IMG/VR virus record: IMGVR_UViG_3300021082_000036
Span: 1-48,272 of that record
From: a virus
Lineage: Duplodnaviria; Caudoviricetes
Direction: 5' to 3' (one strand)
Length of the DNA stretch: 48,272 nucleotides
The position numbers were made by a program, and so were the translations under genes. Positions within the stretch are counted from its first letter, which is position 1. The number at the start of each line of letters is the position of its first letter. This document shows, one piece after another, positions 44,679-48,272 of this stretch. The notes under the pieces were generated by a model, which was not told where the DNA came from, made no database searches, and saw only the letters and a program-made list of their open reading frames with translations.

Positions 44679-44831
44679 GTCTCTCCCTGGTTCGAGTGTG
44701 GTTGCTTCCTCGACTCCATCGGGAGTACCGCGCTCGGCGGTTCCTTCGGCGTCCTATGTCTGCCCGACCGTGCCGCCTCGGCGGTGGTCATGGGGGCTGG
44801 CCGAGATGATAGACCAGCCCCCCGGATGTCG

Positions 44832-45947
44832 CTACTGGGTCTGGTCGTCCCTGCCGTAGGTGGGGCGGTTCCCGTCCCAGCCTCGCTCTTCGATCTCGGC
44901 GTCGAACTGCTCCCAGAAGGGGGACTTCTTCGGCGACTCGACACGGGGTCCGCCCTGGGTGATCCCGGCGGCGTTCTGGCGCAGCTGCTCCTCCTGCACC
45001 CGCGCTGCGACGACGTCGTCGGTCTTCGCCTTCTGGACAGTGGTCTTGCCCTGGGTGACGAGGTCGAAGATGGCGCGGGTCGCGATCTTGCGGACGTCGG
45101 GGTCGTGGGACATCATCCCGATCACTGCCGGATGGCCGTTCCCTAGCTCCTCGGCCTTCGAGAGGACGAGTGGCCCGTGCTGCTCGATGTCGAGGCCGAG
45201 CGAGACGAACGTCTGCCCGAGCGCGGCGGTGTACGTCTCCTGCTCGGAGGGCTGGGGGGCGGTGACGACCTGCAGCACCTTGGAGTGGAGCGCCCTCGCC
45301 TGCCGTGCCTCCTGCTCGCCGAGCGCTGACCAGCGGTCCATGATCGAGGCGTAGAGATCGGGCCGCTCCGCCTGCAGCGCGTTGTAGGCGTACTCGCCGG
45401 GGTCGTTCGAGATCAGGGCCTCGTTGACCCAGTTGTCCTCCTCCTGGGTCAGGACGCCGGGCGTGTTGAGCGCATCGATCCGCTGCTGGACCTCGATGGC
45501 CTCGCGCTCCTGCTGCGCCACCTTGGCCTCCTCGGCCTTCTTGCCGAGCAGCTTCTCCTTCTCGTAGTTCGCCCGAGCGAGCTTCGCGATCTGCTCGTTC
45601 TCGAAGTCGAGGTCGTCGCCGTACTGCTTCTTGGCCCAGGTGCGGTACTCGTCCTCGGCAGGCTCTTCCGGTTCTGTCACCTCATCCTGAGGTGGCGTTT
45701 CGGGAAGAGCGTCCGGGTCGACCGGGATCTCCTCGCCCGGCGGCGTCGTCTCGTCGGGAGGGGTATCGTCGGGAGGTGTCTCGACCGCCTCCTCGACGGG
45801 CGTGTCGATCACGACCTCCTCGACGGGCTTCGTCTCGGGGGGCGCGGTCGGGAACGGAGCCTCATTCTCGACGGGCGGCTTGGCTCCGAAGATCTCCTCG
45901 TTGAAGAAGTCCTCTACCTCTCGCTCTGCATCTGCGGCCTCAGGCAT
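44832..45947 (-). CDS. capsid scaffolding protein
   Basis: Acidic Pro/Glu-rich N-terminus plus helical body, directly upstream of the capsid gene. Confidence 0.7.
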   Translation of the reverse strand: MPEAADAEREVEDFFNEEIFGAKPPVENEAPFPTAPPETKPVEEVVIDTPVEEAVETPPDDTPPDETTPPGEEIPVDPDALPETPPQDEVTEPEEPAEDEYRTWAKKQYGDDLDFENEQIAKLARANYEKEKLLGKKAEEAKVAQQEREAIEVQQRIDALNTPGVLTQEEDNWVNEALISNDPGEYAYNALQAERPDLYASIMDRWSALGEQEARQARALHSKVLQVVTAPQPSEQETYTAALGQTFVSLGLDIEQHGPLVLSKAEELGNGHPAVIGMMSHDPDVRKIATRAIFDLVTQGKTTVQKAKTDDVVAARVQEEQLRQNAAGITQGGPRVESPKKSPFWEQFDAEIEERGWDGNRPTYGRDDQTQ

Positions 45948-46257
45948 TGCTCAACTCCTCCTCTTCGTCTTCGATCTCCACTCCCTGCGAGCGGAGGTAT
46001 CGAACTAGGTTGCGTTCAGCGGCGACGGGCATCGCGATCTGCCACTTCAGGATGAACAGGCAGCCGCGCCAGAAGTCGATAGCTCGCTGGTCGACGGGGT
46101 CAGGACCCTTCGCCGCCTGCAGCATCTTCCTCTCGATCCGGGCGATCTCGCGCCGATGCTCCTCGATGTACTCGGGCCAGTTCGGGTTCTTGGTCAGACC
46201 CGACAACGCGGCCTGGCGACGAGTCAGGACCTCACGGTCCTCGCGGGACATCGGCAT
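45940..46257 (-). CDS. small conserved protein between portal and scaffold
   Basis: Position and L...P.W motif typical of podoviruses. Confidence 0.65.
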   Translation of the reverse strand: MPMSREDREVLTRRQAALSGLTKNPNWPEYIEEHRREIARIERKMLQAAKGPDPVDQRAIDFWRGCLFILKWQIAMPVAAERNLVRYLRSQGVEIEDEEEELSNA

Positions 46258-46266
46258 CCCGCAAGG

Positions 46267-48156
46267 CTACTGCGTCCGGCCCACCTGAGCGAGTTGCGAC
46301 TGGGCGAAGGACTCGGGCGTCATCGAGAGTCCGCCGCCGGGAGGGGCTGTCATCCCGGCGGGGTTGCCTGGGACGGGAGGGCCACCGGGCGCAGCTGGGG
46401 AAGGGGCTGTCGCCACACCACCGGGTGGGGACCCAGGAGGTGTCGGGGAGGCAGCGGCCCCTGCCGTCCCAGGTGCGTGGGCGAAGTACTTCTCCGTGTC
46501 CTGCACCCCGTAGCTCTTGAGGAAGTCCTCCATGAACGCCTTCAAGTTGAGGGGGAGGATCTGGGAGACGTTCGCCGCCGTCTGAAGCTTTGCCTGCTCC
46601 TCCTGGCGCTTCTCCTGGCGGAGCATCGAGTCGTCCATGACGTGGATCTTGACGTCGAAGTCGCCCTGGATGTCGAGCGGGGAGAGCAGCAGCAGGCGTC
46701 GGTTTCCTTCCTTGCCCATCACCGAGATCGCCCGGTCGCCGCGCATCATCTGCCCCATCACCTGGAGGAACTGCTCCCCGATCTGCTCGTAGGCCCAGGT
46801 GTAGTGTTGCTTCCTGGCGCTGATGATCTTCTGCGCGATGGAGGTGATGATCGACATCCCCGTCGCCGTCGTCTGGTCGATGGTGCCGGATGAGACTCCC
46901 CCGGCCATCGGCAGCCCACCCATGATGTTCTGCAGGTCGCCCTTGATCAGCTGCTCACGCTGGATCGTGATGTTGCCGACGTTCGGATCGAGCGGCAGGT
47001 TCGTCACCTGGCCCGGATCCTCGACGATCCACTGAGCGCCGGGGTGGAACTCGAAGGCGTCGGGGTCATCGACGTCGGAGCGGATCAGGGTGACCGGGTT
47101 TCCGTTCAGGCGGAGCGCGTCGAGGCCCTGGTTCTGGATCGTCCACAGCATCGACTGCAGCTGGCCGAGAGCCTCGACGACCGAGATCCCGTCCATCTGG
47201 AAGGCGTCCGGCATCGCCGAGGTGACGACGAAGGGCTTCCTGCCGTGACGGTAGGGGTTCGGGATGTCCTGCAGGACGACGCGGCGGTTGCCGACCGTGA
47301 TCACGCGCTCGTCGGTCCAGTACTCCAGCACCTCGACGAGGCCCTTGGTGCGGTCCTGGTTGCGGAGGATCTGCTCGCGCTCGCCGTAGCCCGTCTGAGC
47401 GGCGATGTTCTGCGTCTCCCGCAGCTGATCGACGCGCTTGTACAGCCCCGCCTCTTCCATCTTCTTGAGCGCGTCGAAGGTCTGCCAGGAGCGGTCGATG
47501 ATCCAGGCGGCGTCATCGACGTTCGTGGCCGACTCGGGCCGGAAGAAGTCGCGCACGTCGCGCACGGTCATCGTCGGGCCGTCGAAGATGGTGACGTCCT
47601 GCTCGTCCTCCTGGGTCGAGGGGAAGGTGTGGACGACGTTGCCGAAGCTGTCGAGGATCTGCGCCTCTACCGGGGTCAGCACCATCCGGCGCGTCTTCTT
47701 CGTGCGCCAGCCGATCTTCGCGACCGTCTTCCCGGCGACGAGATCCTGCTGCATGAAGGGCCTCTGCTTCATCGGGAAGTCGTCGTTGTCCATCGCCCAC
47801 TGCAGCCCCTGGCTCGCGATCTCGCCGCCGCCGAGCCGGGCCATGATCACCTCAAGCGGCTCGAACGGCTGTGGCCGCGGCGTCACGTTCCACATCGGGT
47901 TCGGATCGAGCATGGTTGCGATCATTCCTTCAACGGTCTGAAGGATGTACGGCGTCGTCAGGTTGGAGCGCCACTCGTCGCCCTCGTCGACCTTCAACTC
48001 CGCCATACCGCGGTAGGCGCGGTATCGCCGCTCGACCTTGTCGACGTAGTTCTGGGCGAACATCTCCGCCGACTCCTGTGCCGAGACGACCATCGAGAGC
48101 GCGTCCGCGTACTCCAGCGTCGGGTCGTACGGGTCCCTGAGGTCTTCCTTAGCCAC
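46267..48156 (-). CDS. portal protein
   Basis: 629 aa upstream of scaffold and capsid; VLEYWT, NPY.HG.KPFV, G.SVVE.L..LQ and TATG motifs of podovirus portals. Confidence 0.88.
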   Translation of the reverse strand: MAKEDLRDPYDPTLEYADALSMVVSAQESAEMFAQNYVDKVERRYRAYRGMAELKVDEGDEWRSNLTTPYILQTVEGMIATMLDPNPMWNVTPRPQPFEPLEVIMARLGGGEIASQGLQWAMDNDDFPMKQRPFMQQDLVAGKTVAKIGWRTKKTRRMVLTPVEAQILDSFGNVVHTFPSTQEDEQDVTIFDGPTMTVRDVRDFFRPESATNVDDAAWIIDRSWQTFDALKKMEEAGLYKRVDQLRETQNIAAQTGYGEREQILRNQDRTKGLVEVLEYWTDERVITVGNRRVVLQDIPNPYRHGRKPFVVTSAMPDAFQMDGISVVEALGQLQSMLWTIQNQGLDALRLNGNPVTLIRSDVDDPDAFEFHPGAQWIVEDPGQVTNLPLDPNVGNITIQREQLIKGDLQNIMGGLPMAGGVSSGTIDQTTATGMSIITSIAQKIISARKQHYTWAYEQIGEQFLQVMGQMMRGDRAISVMGKEGNRRLLLLSPLDIQGDFDVKIHVMDDSMLRQEKRQEEQAKLQTAANVSQILPLNLKAFMEDFLKSYGVQDTEKYFAHAPGTAGAAASPTPPGSPPGGVATAPSPAAPGGPPVPGNPAGMTAPPGGGLSMTPESFAQSQLAQVGRTQ

Positions 48157-48272
48157 CGAGCGCGGACCGTAGCTTGTCGGTCTTCTGCGACTCCTGCGCG
48201 AGGATCTTCTGGAGATCCGCCTGCACCTTGTCGATCAGGTGAGAGCGCTGGTCGTCCGTCTCGTCGGTCCCG
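48149..48272 (-). CDS. 3' part of the junction-spanning gene (starts at 275)
   Basis: In frame with 275..1; TAA stop at 48149-48151 overlaps the portal start. Confidence 0.7.
   Translation of the reverse strand, partial: GTDETDDQRSHLIDKVQADLQKILAQESQKTDKLRSALGG

Noticed and set aside
27950-45146. Long plus-strand ORFs (e.g. 27950..29857, 31583..33421, 43515..45146), and similarly 543..1964 and 5702..7609
   Set aside because: These are shadow frames of real minus-strand genes in high-GC DNA, with no SD or motifs and biased Arg/Leu/Val composition.
1-48272. tRNA genes, reverse transcriptase/DGR, integrase/attP, tape measure gene
   Set aside because: I recognised no cloverleaf, YxDD RT motif, recombinase motif or tape-measure-like ORF by eye. 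A weak or divergent example could have been missed.

Overview
This looks like an essentially complete, circularly permuted ~48.3 kb genome of a high-GC podovirus-like dsDNA phage. The host is probably actinobacterial, inferred from GC content, an Rpf-like enzyme and actinophage-type proteins. One gene reads in frame across the two window ends. The minus strand carries portal, scaffold, major capsid, tail, fibre and ejection genes (48.2-26.0 kb), and also the putative small terminase, lysis genes and large terminase (9.8-0.3 kb). The plus strand (10.4-26.0 kb) carries early and middle genes, mostly small unknowns, plus GP88-like, DUF932-like, SSB-like, PD-(D/E)XK, HNH-like and HTH genes. I recognised no integrase, DNA polymerase, primase, helicase, tRNA or CRISPR array. 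The most unusual content is a non-coding layer over the early region. (1) About 8.8-15 kb is densely covered by short perfect inverted repeats with 3-nt C-GNA-G or C-TNC-G centres, even inside genes. (2) A ~470-nt structured element is present in two diverged, covarying copies. (3) A 9-mer, ACACGGAGG, matching the CsrA/RsmA site, forms the ribosome-binding site of 15 plus-strand genes. (4) A two-hairpin leader module recurs between early genes. All protein calls are by eye from motifs and synteny; no database search was run.
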